Of a stretch of DNA of 27,934 bases, positions 18,580 to 26,614 are shown piece after piece (the first letter of the stretch is position 1; the number at the start of each line of letters is the position of its first letter). A program made the translations under genes and the position numbers. The notes beneath the pieces were generated by a model, which was not told the DNA's origin, did not search any database, and was given only the letters and a program-made list of their open reading frames with translations. Origin of the DNA: a virus (taxonomy: Duplodnaviria > Caudoviricetes); IMG/VR virus record IMGVR_UViG_3300032308_002491, positions 1-27,934 of that record; one strand, written 5' to 3'.

Positions 18580-19015
18580 ATCCTTTAAATTTTTGCGGGG
18601 CTAATGGTTCATTGGATGAGGGGATAAAAATGCGCTGTCCTGATTTTGGCGGTGTCACTTGTATATGAACCCACGTGGGCGTATACCTAAAGTCTTCAAA
18701 ATACACGCCATGAATTTCTGCTGCGATTAAATTTTCTAAAATTGCATGCATTAATAAAAAGGGTTTCATATCGAGTAAATCCACAGCTTCACATGTGATG
18801 TGTTTACTTTTAACTGCTGCGTTTTTGATGCTATCATTCAATTGTTGGGGTCTCCAGCCACTTGTCACTTGCACATCGTTTATGTGAATTTCCTTTAAAA
18901 AATTATTAATTTTTTCAAGTGTGGTCATCATTGTTTTTTCAAGTTTTTTATTCCAATCTTCATAATATATAATATCTCTTCGTTTTAAATAATCGTCCGG
19001 TGTAATTAATGGCAT
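18551..19015 (-). CDS. Peptidase M15 family zinc peptidase, putative endolysin
   Basis: VTSGWRP...N, SKHITCEAVD (SxHxxxxAxD) and WVHIQ zinc ligands. Confidence 0.85.
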   Translation of the reverse strand: MPLITPDDYLKRRDIIYYEDWNKKLEKTMMTTLEKINNFLKEIHINDVQVTSGWRPQQLNDSIKNAAVKSKHITCEAVDLLDMKPFLLMHAILENLIAAEIHGVYFEDFRYTPTWVHIQVTPPKSGQRIFIPSSNEPLAPQKFKGFEFYDRQFI

Positions 19016-19024
19016 ACTTAACCT

Positions 19025-20545
19025 TTAATTTGTCTGAAAAGGGTCATAATAGACTCCTTTTTTATCCAACGCTTTTAAACCATAAATGCGGCCATGTTCG
19101 GCTTTGATGCTGTGTTCATTTTTTAAATATTTTAAGAAATTAGACAGGCCATAATTCTTTTTAAATTCTTTTAAGTTTGTCATGCTTTGCAATGATTTAT
19201 AAAACAAAGACTCATCAATTTCTGAATTTGGGTCTAGAACAAAATCACCCGAGCGGATAATTTTTGCCCATAATTCTTGATTCATGACAAGCTGTGCTTT
19301 GTCTTGTAAACTTTTAAATTGCGCTTGCTGGTTGGGGCTTGGTAACACTGTCCAATTTTGCCCGATTTTTTCATAACAGATTCGGCAATAATTGATAAAG
19401 TCGTTAAAATTTTGCCCTAAGTAATTCTCATACATTTCTTTTGAATAAAATTCTGTTGCTTTCAACGGCTCAAATTTAAATAAACGGAGTCTGCGCAATT
19501 CGTATGAGTCGCCGTCAATTTCAGGCAGCACGTTTGAATCGATCATCAACAAACCGGACAATGTGCCTGTAAATCTATCTTTCCCTTTTTGTTCAATGCT
19601 GACAATACTATCTCCCGTCAATTGTTTGACTTCTGCTTTTTGCAAAACTCGTGGGTTGTTATTTTCAGAAAGAACAATGAGGGCTTTATTGAACATGCCA
19701 AAATTTGAAAATTGATTTGAGCTATCAAAGCTCGCGACAACATCTTTTCCAATTTTTCGCCGCAACATTCCCGTAAATGAAGATTTCCCCTCGCCGCCCT
19801 CGCCGTATAAATAAATAACATACGGCGATTTATGGCCATTAAAACAAATCCAAAGTAACGCGCACAATCTATCACTATCTGTCACGCGTCCAAGTAATTC
19901 TTTTAAATGTGGATTAAGTTGTGGGTGTTCAATGTAGTCATACTGTAATTTATGCGCAGAAAATTCTCGGCTGGTCGAGAGTGTGAGCGGTTTGATTTCA
20001 TAATCAATTATCATTGGAGTTTTTGTATACAGTGAGTTGATAATTGAGTTGACTAAAAGTTTGATGCAACTTTCAATTGTCACATGATGCCGTTTCTTTT
20101 TTTCCGTCCGCTGTTGAATTTCTTTATGCAACAGCGCCATATCTTCGGGATAAAGATTGGCAAGCAACCGCACAAGCTCATCAGTCCCTGGGAGCGATGA
20201 GGCAATAAGTTTTGCTCGAGTGCCATCAATTAAATAAATCAGTTTTTGTTCCGGATTATTTTTATTGAGAACAATTTGGAATTTATCAATGACATAACTA
20301 AACGAGTGAATAACTTGATCCATCTCATCAAAACATTGATCGACAAAGTTTTGACGGTCGCGGCATTTCTCTTTTAAGACTTCGATAATTTTTTCAACTT
20401 CATGAATCTCTGCGCCGAGGTCAAGGATTTCTTGAATAAGTTTTCTTTTCTCCACGGGTTGATTCGCATAACGTCCTGCGTGGTGATAAAAGGTCTCGCC
20501 ATTCACTCGGTACTTTTTCAGCAAAGTTGATAATTCCACTTTCAA
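19025..20545 (-). CDS. SF3 (D5/P4-like) helicase ATPase
   Basis: Walker A GEGGEGKSS, Walker B LIVLSE, KQLTGD...IEQKG, motif C IDSN and RRLR arginine finger; TTG start with AAGGA SD. Confidence 0.85.
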   Translation of the reverse strand: MKVELSTLLKKYRVNGETFYHHAGRYANQPVEKRKLIQEILDLGAEIHEVEKIIEVLKEKCRDRQNFVDQCFDEMDQVIHSFSYVIDKFQIVLNKNNPEQKLIYLIDGTRAKLIASSLPGTDELVRLLANLYPEDMALLHKEIQQRTEKKKRHHVTIESCIKLLVNSIINSLYTKTPMIIDYEIKPLTLSTSREFSAHKLQYDYIEHPQLNPHLKELLGRVTDSDRLCALLWICFNGHKSPYVIYLYGEGGEGKSSFTGMLRRKIGKDVVASFDSSNQFSNFGMFNKALIVLSENNNPRVLQKAEVKQLTGDSIVSIEQKGKDRFTGTLSGLLMIDSNVLPEIDGDSYELRRLRLFKFEPLKATEFYSKEMYENYLGQNFNDFINYCRICYEKIGQNWTVLPSPNQQAQFKSLQDKAQLVMNQELWAKIIRSGDFVLDPNSEIDESLFYKSLQSMTNLKEFKKNYGLSNFLKYLKNEHSIKAEHGRIYGLKALDKKGVYYDPFQTN

Positions 20546-21038
20546 TATCCTTTTTTGCTTTTTTATGTGCTATGTGTGCTTCTTTTTCTGTTGCAAAATA
20601 GCCGAGACAAATTGCTCTACTTTTATAGTAAATTCGAGCATTCCAAGGTTTTGTTTTTTTCTCTTTGCGAAAACTTGCGCCAACCAAATACTGTGACGAT
20701 TTTCTATGGGCTTGCAATTCATATTTATTGCAGTGAACGAGATTTAAAAAGCGCAAATCGTTTGGGTCTTTGTTGCGAAAACTGATAAATTGGTGCGGCC
20801 ATAATTTTGTCATATAAAACCATGCAAGACGATGAGCTGCATAATCTTTTTTACCAATTCGCACAAAAGAATAACCGCGAGACGGCGCAAAAAAAACCGC
20901 GTTGCTGCCTTTTCTAATTTTGTGTTTATTTATTTTCCAGGTAAAAATTCCGGTTTTGGGATCATAGTGTATTTGTCGAGTCAAATCATAATAACTTAAC
21001 ACACGTCGCCCTCTTATTGATTTATTTTGTAACGTCAT
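20421..21038 (-). CDS. HNH-AP2 domain protein with degenerate HNH active site
   Basis: YDPKTGIFTW, GY..V.I....Y.AHRLAWFY, and AP2-like WNARI...LGYFATEKEA. The usual IDHIN..DNR is replaced by ISFRN..DLR. Confidence 0.8.
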   Translation of the reverse strand: MTLQNKSIRGRRVLSYYDLTRQIHYDPKTGIFTWKINKHKIRKGSNAVFFAPSRGYSFVRIGKKDYAAHRLAWFYMTKLWPHQFISFRNKDPNDLRFLNLVHCNKYELQAHRKSSQYLVGASFRKEKKTKPWNARIYYKSRAICLGYFATEKEAHIAHKKAKKDIESGIINFAEKVPSEWRDLLSPRRTLCESTRGEKKTYSRNP

Positions 21039-21083
21039 CTATATTAACATATGTAATTTTAAAACAAAAGGATATAGATGACG
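21033..21083. repeat. 12-bp perfect inverted repeat covering both divergent start codons
   Basis: CGTCATCTATAT (21033-21044) and ATATAGATGACG (21072-21083). Confidence 0.8.
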
Positions 21084-21521
21084 AAATTTAATGCAGCATT
21101 GGTTCTTCAACATATTGGGGTGCAATGGCGCCACGGGCAATTAAGAAGAAATGGCAAAGTTGTAAAATATTCTACAGTTAAAAAAATATTACAACAACAC
21201 AACCCGGAATTAACGGATTCAGAAATTTGGCAAATTGTATTTAATGATATTAGCACGTATGCAGAGTTTCGCCCGTCTCTCAAGACAATTTCAGAATGTT
21301 TACGAAAAGAAGGCGCAGACAAACGACGCAGACTTGAAGAAAATAAAACGCGCAGATTTAATAATTTATTACGTAACAGTCATCCTGAAGATTTTGGGTT
21401 GCAAGATTACGCACGAATGCCAGCAGGTCATGTTGTCGCTGCGATTCTTGCCGCACACCCTTATTTAAAAGAAGACCAAGCTAAGAAAGTGTTAGGCTCA
21501 TGGATACTACGTCGCTTATAA
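21078..21521 (+). CDS. Hypothetical protein (basic)
   Basis: 147-aa ORF with AAGGA SD; no competing long ORF on the opposite strand. Confidence 0.65.
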   Translation: MTKFNAALVLQHIGVQWRHGQLRRNGKVVKYSTVKKILQQHNPELTDSEIWQIVFNDISTYAEFRPSLKTISECLRKEGADKRRRLEENKTRRFNNLLRNSHPEDFGLQDYARMPAGHVVAAILAAHPYLKEDQAKKVLGSWILRRL

Positions 21522-21919
21522 AGATTTTAGAAACGCCTTGTATTGCCATTAATAATTTACACATCAAAACTCGACTTGTGAATTTGTCGTTTGAAATTTT
21601 TACTAATTCTTTTCATGAAAAAGACAGTGACGACCAATTTAAATACTCCAACTGTTTTTTTCGCTACCATGGTGTCAATGGTTATTCCATTAAATTTATG
21701 GTGTGGGTTATTGGTGATAGAACAATATTAAAAAATTTTATTCTTGAAAAATCAGTTGAAACTCAAAAAAAGAAATGGTTTCAATTTTGGAAAAAAAACA
21801 CAATTGAATCTACAATAGAAAATTTATTAATTTCAGATAAAGACGCTACACAAATTGTTTTAGATTCTTTTACAGAGGATGTGGTTAAAAATTTATTAAA
21901 CTTTTGTGAAAAGGCTTGA
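21500..21919 (+). CDS. Hypothetical protein
   Basis: 139-aa ORF with KKKWFQFWKK amphipathic motif; overlaps the upstream gene and the terminase 3' end. Confidence 0.6.
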   Translation: MDTTSLIKILETPCIAINNLHIKTRLVNLSFEIFTNSFHEKDSDDQFKYSNCFFRYHGVNGYSIKFMVWVIGDRTILKNFILEKSVETQKKKWFQFWKKNTIESTIENLLISDKDATQIVLDSFTEDVVKNLLNFCEKA

Positions 21920-23282
21920 GAGCTTTTGTCACTTTTTCTAAATTCGTCTGCGGTGTGTTGTGATTCATTTGATGAAAATTTGAGGCATTGGTGATGATTT
22001 TAGGGCGTTCAATAAACTTTTCGACCCTAAGGCCATACACCGCGCACATCACAGCGTCAGCGTGCCCTAATTCCTCTGTACGTTCAAAATCTGTGCGTGT
22101 CTTATTAAACATACACGAGCGCAGACTTTTAATCGTAAACTCGCAAGAATTATTAATGACGATTTGCTCTTGAAAAAATGCCGAGTTTAAAGCCATAATT
22201 GCATTGTCTCTATCCACTTTTGGCGGCAGTGTCACGTGAACATTGCACAGTGTCCCTAGGTCAACTTGAGTTTGGCCGTGGCAATCAAGGAAAATATGAT
22301 ATGACTTGACTTGATATTTGGTTTGTAACAATTTTATTGTATCACCAAGCACTATTGTATTTGTATTAGATTCAAAGACAACTTCTTCTAAAATTATCTT
22401 TTTATAATCTGTGATGCGGTGACCCCACACTTGCAACACGTGCTTATCTCGAATACCTCCCGTGTCTCCAACAATCCAACAACACGCTGTAAACACGCTC
22501 TCGTAGCCCTCATTTGTCAAATGTTTGACATCAGAAAATGCGGGAATAATTAAAGAGCGACCATCGCGCACAATTTCGCACAAGTATTCACGGCGAAAAT
22601 CAAGACTATCAACTCCGCCATAGGCATTGATAGCGTTTTGAATTTGGTCTGTTGTGAGTTGTGGGTTGTCGTAAATTGTGGCTTTGTAAAGTGTGCCGAG
22701 TTTCTTACATTGTGGTTGCAATACAGAGTGCACATAGTGATCCGGGTTTTTGGAGGGAGTTGTGATAATTACAATTTTACCCCCGGATCGCAACAATTGC
22801 GGAATGATAACGGCTTTATAAGCATACTCAAAATCATCACTGGAGACCGCAGCCGCTGCTTCCTCTAAGATATAAAGCCCAGCATTCCCCCCACGCAACG
22901 AATCCACATGCGCACGTTCCATCATGCCAAGTCGAATTTCTCCCTGCGTGCCAACTTTAAATCGCTTGTCCGATTTTGTGGGTCTAATGTGCCCACGCGG
23001 TGCGCTGTCAATAAAAAATTTCATATTATCATTCACGATATCATTTGTTGCTTTTAGCGTGCCTGCTGCAATTTTAACAAGTTTATTGATAGTGTTTGGA
23101 TTTGCGACGTGTTGAAACCCTAAGGCAAGAGAGAGAAACGATTTTCCAAACTGTCTTGAGCCTAGAAATAGATGCAGTTGCTGATGGCTTTTTAAAATTT
23201 TATTATAAACTTCTCGTTGCGCTTCATGCAACAAAAAACTCATCTCGCCCCGTTGCCACAATTGCTCTGTGATTCTATCCAT
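21885..23282 (-). CDS. terL: Terminase large subunit
   Basis: LHEAQ, Walker A SRQFGKS, LRG...Walker B YILEEAA, coupling motif ITTP, DNP, FRREYLCE, nuclease VGDTGGIRD and GHADA. Confidence 0.93.
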   Translation of the reverse strand: MDRITEQLWQRGEMSFLLHEAQREVYNKILKSHQQLHLFLGSRQFGKSFLSLALGFQHVANPNTINKLVKIAAGTLKATNDIVNDNMKFFIDSAPRGHIRPTKSDKRFKVGTQGEIRLGMMERAHVDSLRGGNAGLYILEEAAAAVSSDDFEYAYKAVIIPQLLRSGGKIVIITTPSKNPDHYVHSVLQPQCKKLGTLYKATIYDNPQLTTDQIQNAINAYGGVDSLDFRREYLCEIVRDGRSLIIPAFSDVKHLTNEGYESVFTACCWIVGDTGGIRDKHVLQVWGHRITDYKKIILEEVVFESNTNTIVLGDTIKLLQTKYQVKSYHIFLDCHGQTQVDLGTLCNVHVTLPPKVDRDNAIMALNSAFFQEQIVINNSCEFTIKSLRSCMFNKTRTDFERTEELGHADAVMCAVYGLRVEKFIERPKIITNASNFHQMNHNTPQTNLEKVTKALKPFHKSLINF

Positions 23283-23517
23283 TGTTCTTACTCTGTCTGA
23301 ATTTGTAAAGTAGCATCAATTCTTCTTCCGTGAGTTCATCAAATTTTGCGTTGTCTTTTAAGTTATCGAGTAATGCTTCTGACTCAACAAGTTTTGCAAG
23401 TTTTGCTAGTGAGTCAATTTCTTTGTCAAATAACGGCTTACTAGATGTGTCTGAAATTTCATAAAGCTTCTGAATTTGTTGATCGATAATGGCTCTGATT
23501 TTTTCACGATTGTTCAA
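23275..23517 (-). CDS. Putative terminase small subunit (short)
   Basis: 80-aa helical ORF overlapping the terL start and ending in FDELTEEEL, a TerS-like C-terminus. Inferred from position. Confidence 0.45.
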   Translation of the reverse strand: MNNREKIRAIIDQQIQKLYEISDTSSKPLFDKEIDSLAKLAKLVESEALLDNLKDNAKFDELTEEELMLLYKFRQSKNNG

Positions 23518-24113
23518 TTGATAACTCCAATTGTCACGAAATTTTTTACAAGTGATTTTCCTGTAAATGTTGAGAGAATCTCATCTCCTGTAGCACTATC
23601 TCGATTATAATTTTGCACAAATACCAAACTATTATCAATATCAATTCCCACAATTAAAAACGTTCCGTTATTGGTTTGGTTGCGAAACCCGGAGAAAATG
23701 ACCACATCCCCAATGCTGTAATTTTGGATATTTTGCACAGAATATTTGACAATTGTCCCCGCAACCCAGGTAGCACTATTTGCAAAAATGTTTTGGGTTT
23801 GTTTAAAAAAGATTGTCAAAACATATTGAGACAGTGAATTTTGCGAAATATCATAAGTTAAAATTGGAATAATTGAATTGATTAAGATATGCGAGTAACT
23901 CGTAATTTTTAAAACAATAGGCTCACCATGACTCACCGATAAATTTAACGTTGCATAACTAAAATTGTCGTTGAGTGTGAGTTTTTTTGTCAACGCTTGC
24001 ACAGTTTCGTAAGTAAACCGATTCGCGTAATCAAAATAACTTTGTAATTCTTGATATGATTTTGTATTAGCGACTGTTGAAATATCAAACGTATTCGAGA
24101 TGGATATTTTCAT
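23514..24113 (-). CDS. Putative virion structural protein sharing a beta-rich domain with the nozzle-like protein
   Basis: C-terminal W.AGT.V.Y...G.V...GF...NNG.F.I...N..R.S.TGDE aligns with 3379-3567 of the 997-aa ORF. Confidence 0.55.
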   Translation of the reverse strand: MKISISNTFDISTVANTKSYQELQSYFDYANRFTYETVQALTKKLTLNDNFSYATLNLSVSHGEPIVLKITSYSHILINSIIPILTYDISQNSLSQYVLTIFFKQTQNIFANSATWVAGTIVKYSVQNIQNYSIGDVVIFSGFRNQTNNGTFLIVGIDIDNSLVFVQNYNRDSATGDEILSTFTGKSLVKNFVTIGVIN

Positions 24114-24394
24114 AAATTACCAGGTTTTTTAAAGTGAGAAATGTTCGGCGATGCTGTTTTCAGAAGTGTCAGCTCTGTTTGCAATTTTTCAATCTTTTTG
24201 TTTTGCTCGTCATAATTTTTCATGGCGTTTTGGTGTAAAGTACAGAGCTTTTCTGTTGAGTCTTTCATTTCAATTTGTGCATTGTTAAATTTAATTGTGA
24301 TATCATCAAGTCTTTTTTTTGCAATATAGCCAACCATTGGAATAATTCCGAGCAATAATCCTAGACTAAAAACTTCAATAATTGTCATTATCAT
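24110..24394 (-). CDS. Membrane-anchored coiled-coil protein (possible lysis accessory)
   Basis: N-terminal hydrophobic stretch IIEVFSLGLLLGIIPMVGYIA followed by KKR and a coiled coil. Confidence 0.5.
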   Translation of the reverse strand: MIMTIIEVFSLGLLLGIIPMVGYIAKKRLDDITIKFNNAQIEMKDSTEKLCTLHQNAMKNYDEQNKKIEKLQTELTLLKTASPNISHFKKPGNL

Positions 24395-24689
24395 TGTTGT
24401 TATCTCCGAAATCTTTTAGAAATGTTCGGTTACACTTTGAATAAATATCATTTAAAATCGGGCGGTGACGATTGAAACTTTCGCGACGTTGTTTGACTGT
24501 AAAATTCAACTTGAGAAAGTCTTTACTGTTGCGAAAATAATAACCGGAAATAAACGCCTCCAACCACTCTTTCTCCGCTGCGCTCAAACTTTTTAGATAT
24601 TTTTTTTCGTATTGATAGTCATCTGTGACAAGTTGCTTGTAGCCTCTTATTGCAGTTTTAAAGATGTTAAATTTGTGCTTGTTTTGCAT
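24375..24689 (-). CDS. Hypothetical phage protein
   Basis: 104 aa, overlapping both neighbours; contains YLKSLSAAEKEWLEAF...YY. Confidence 0.6.
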   Translation of the reverse strand: MQNKHKFNIFKTAIRGYKQLVTDDYQYEKKYLKSLSAAEKEWLEAFISGYYFRNSKDFLKLNFTVKQRRESFNRHRPILNDIYSKCNRTFLKDFGDNNNDNDNY

Positions 24690-24916
24690 TCTTCCGCTTG
24701 GTGTATCTCAAGTGCAATGTCTGCATAATCCTTGAGTGTGTTTTCTAAGAAAAAAACCGTTGCGCCCACTGCGTTTATGTAAACTTCATTTTCATTTTGC
24801 AACTCTGGCCTTAGCTCGCTGATTTCTGTAAACAATCTTATTACTTTATTTGTCAATTTTAAAGTTTTTTTAAGCTGAGAATACCGAATCTTTTTCTGAT
24901 TTATTAAGTTCTTCAT
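24647..24916 (-). CDS. Hypothetical protein
   Basis: 89-aa ORF in a tightly overlapping operon. Confidence 0.5.
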   Translation of the reverse strand: MKNLINQKKIRYSQLKKTLKLTNKVIRLFTEISELRPELQNENEVYINAVGATVFFLENTLKDYADIALEIHQAEECKTSTNLTSLKLQ

Positions 24917-25361
24917 TTTTTGCTAAGCTTTCTTTTGTTTCTTTATCATAAATTTCATTAACCATCGATTGAGCATAACCTAAAAAGTTTTCGATTGCTG
25001 TTTCTAACAATTTTTCCGCTTCAGGTTTGACGTATTCACTATTGCGCAACGAGTGCAATAACTTAGCAACTCTGACGATTCTTTCAATTGCCCTGTGATA
25101 TTTGGGATACCCAAACGCTGTGCTCTCGATAAATGTCGTGCTACTAATCTCATGCAATTTATCAACAAGCATCAGCAATGCACGGTTTTTTTCGTCCATT
25201 TTTAAAATTGTAGACACATATTTTGACAACTCTTTATCTGGAATTTCTGTCTCGTACACGCTATTAAGCACTGCGGAGGATTCTTTAGAATAAAACTCAT
25301 TCAGATTAAAGAAAACTTGGATAAAATCTTTTAAGTAAATACTGAACCCGTATTGCTGCAT
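24870..25361 (-). CDS. Hypothetical protein
   Basis: 163-aa helical ORF with AGAGG SD. Confidence 0.65.
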   Translation of the reverse strand: MQQYGFSIYLKDFIQVFFNLNEFYSKESSAVLNSVYETEIPDKELSKYVSTILKMDEKNRALLMLVDKLHEISSTTFIESTAFGYPKYHRAIERIVRVAKLLHSLRNSEYVKPEAEKLLETAIENFLGYAQSMVNEIYDKETKESLAKNEELNKSEKDSVFSA

Positions 25362-25371
25362 CGATAGCCTC

Positions 25372-25698
25372 TTAATAAATTGTTTTAAAATAAATTCGGG
25401 GTGTCATCCTAAGATACCGCGGCGTTTTTACGTTCTTAGATGCAGCTTCCCACGCTTCTTGGTAGTGATAATAAACAGCGTAAAGCTCTTCAGTTTCTAG
25501 TGGGTCAATGTGATAAGCTAGTATATAAACCGTTGAGACCGGGAGTTCCGAGAGTGGGATGATTTGGTATTTGTTACCATCCATTGGCATTCCAAAAGCT
25601 TTGCGTTCTGCGGCTTTCATTGAACAGTGCTTGCTGATAATTTCTTGAGTTTCTTTAATATATAAAAAACATTTCATACAGTCACCATAATAAAACAC
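25372..25698 (-). CDS. Hypothetical protein
   Basis: 108-aa ORF; the true start may be the ATG at 25677 (MKCFLY, preceded by GGTGA). Confidence 0.55.
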   Translation of the reverse strand: MFYYGDCMKCFLYIKETQEIISKHCSMKAAERKAFGMPMDGNKYQIIPLSELPVSTVYILAYHIDPLETEELYAVYYHYQEAWEAASKNVKTPRYLRMTPRIYFKTIY

Positions 25699-25769
25699 TC
25701 ACAAACTATAAAATAATTTGTGAGGTGTTCGCAATATTCAATCAGAGAGATAGGATGCCAGGAAATTTA

Positions 25770-25820
25770 AAAATAAAGGATGTGAAAATTTTTGTCAAGT
25801 TATTGTAATTATAATAGAAT
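25770..25820. promoter_or_regulatory. Overlapping divergent sigma70-type promoters
   Basis: Minus strand: TTGACA (25798-25793), 17 bp, TATTTT (25775-25770). Plus strand: TTGTCA (25792-25797), 17 bp, TAGAAT (25815-25820). Confidence 0.55.
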
Positions 25821-25950
25821 AGCCGAATTATTAAAAGGTAGGCGTGATGGCGTGATTTAATACAACGTTTTTTTATGGTGGGTTCGGCTATCTAGCATTA
25901 AATTTAGTCGAAAATTTTATAAGAATCAACTTTTTTAAGGACTTGGATTG

Positions 25951-26577
25951 ATGCTTTATCATAGTAAAGAACGTATTAAAAGTCTTGGTGAGGTCTTTAC
26001 ACCGTTGCCTGTGGTTGATGAGATGCTTAATTTATTAGCAAAAGACAATAGCGAAATATGGGCAGATGACCAGCAATTATTGTTTGACCCATGCTGCGGG
26101 ACTGGGAATATTGTCACACAAATTTATAAGCGACGGCTTGATGCATTTTTAGAAAAAAATAAAAAAGAAAATAATTTTGACCCCGTTTTTAATTCTGTCA
26201 TCGATTCTTTAAAAAATTTATGCGCAGTGGATATCTGCGAAGAAAACATTAAAATTTGCAGATATCGTATGTTTAAAATCACGTTTGAATTTTTAGAAAA
26301 ACACTTAAACGTTGAGATAAATTTGAAATTTATAAATTCTCACAAAAGTTTTTTTGCACACCTTGTCGCTTATATTGAATTAAAAATTCATTGTAATGAA
26401 ATGCTTTCATCTTTGAGTGATGCGGCAACTGCAAGAGCCAATGCTTACAAAACTAAAGCTGGGCGTCTGTGGTTTGAAAAATACGGGCACAAGCCTATTG
26501 ATTTTGATGCAGAGCCTTCTTTTTCCGATTTTTTAAATGCAGTTAAACTTATTGAAAATCTCATGAACCCCTCCTGA
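25951..26577 (+). CDS. N6-adenine DNA methyltransferase-like protein, SAM-binding half only
   Basis: Motif X GEVFTP, motif I FDPCCGTGN and motif II AVDI are present; no NPPY/DPPY-type motif IV before the stop. Confidence 0.75.
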   Translation: MLYHSKERIKSLGEVFTPLPVVDEMLNLLAKDNSEIWADDQQLLFDPCCGTGNIVTQIYKRRLDAFLEKNKKENNFDPVFNSVIDSLKNLCAVDICEENIKICRYRMFKITFEFLEKHLNVEINLKFINSHKSFFAHLVAYIELKIHCNEMLSSLSDAATARANAYKTKAGRLWFEKYGHKPIDFDAEPSFSDFLNAVKLIENLMNPS

Positions 26578-26614
26578 ATTTGCTTTCTCATAATTTTGTA
26601 GTGTATGATGTAAA

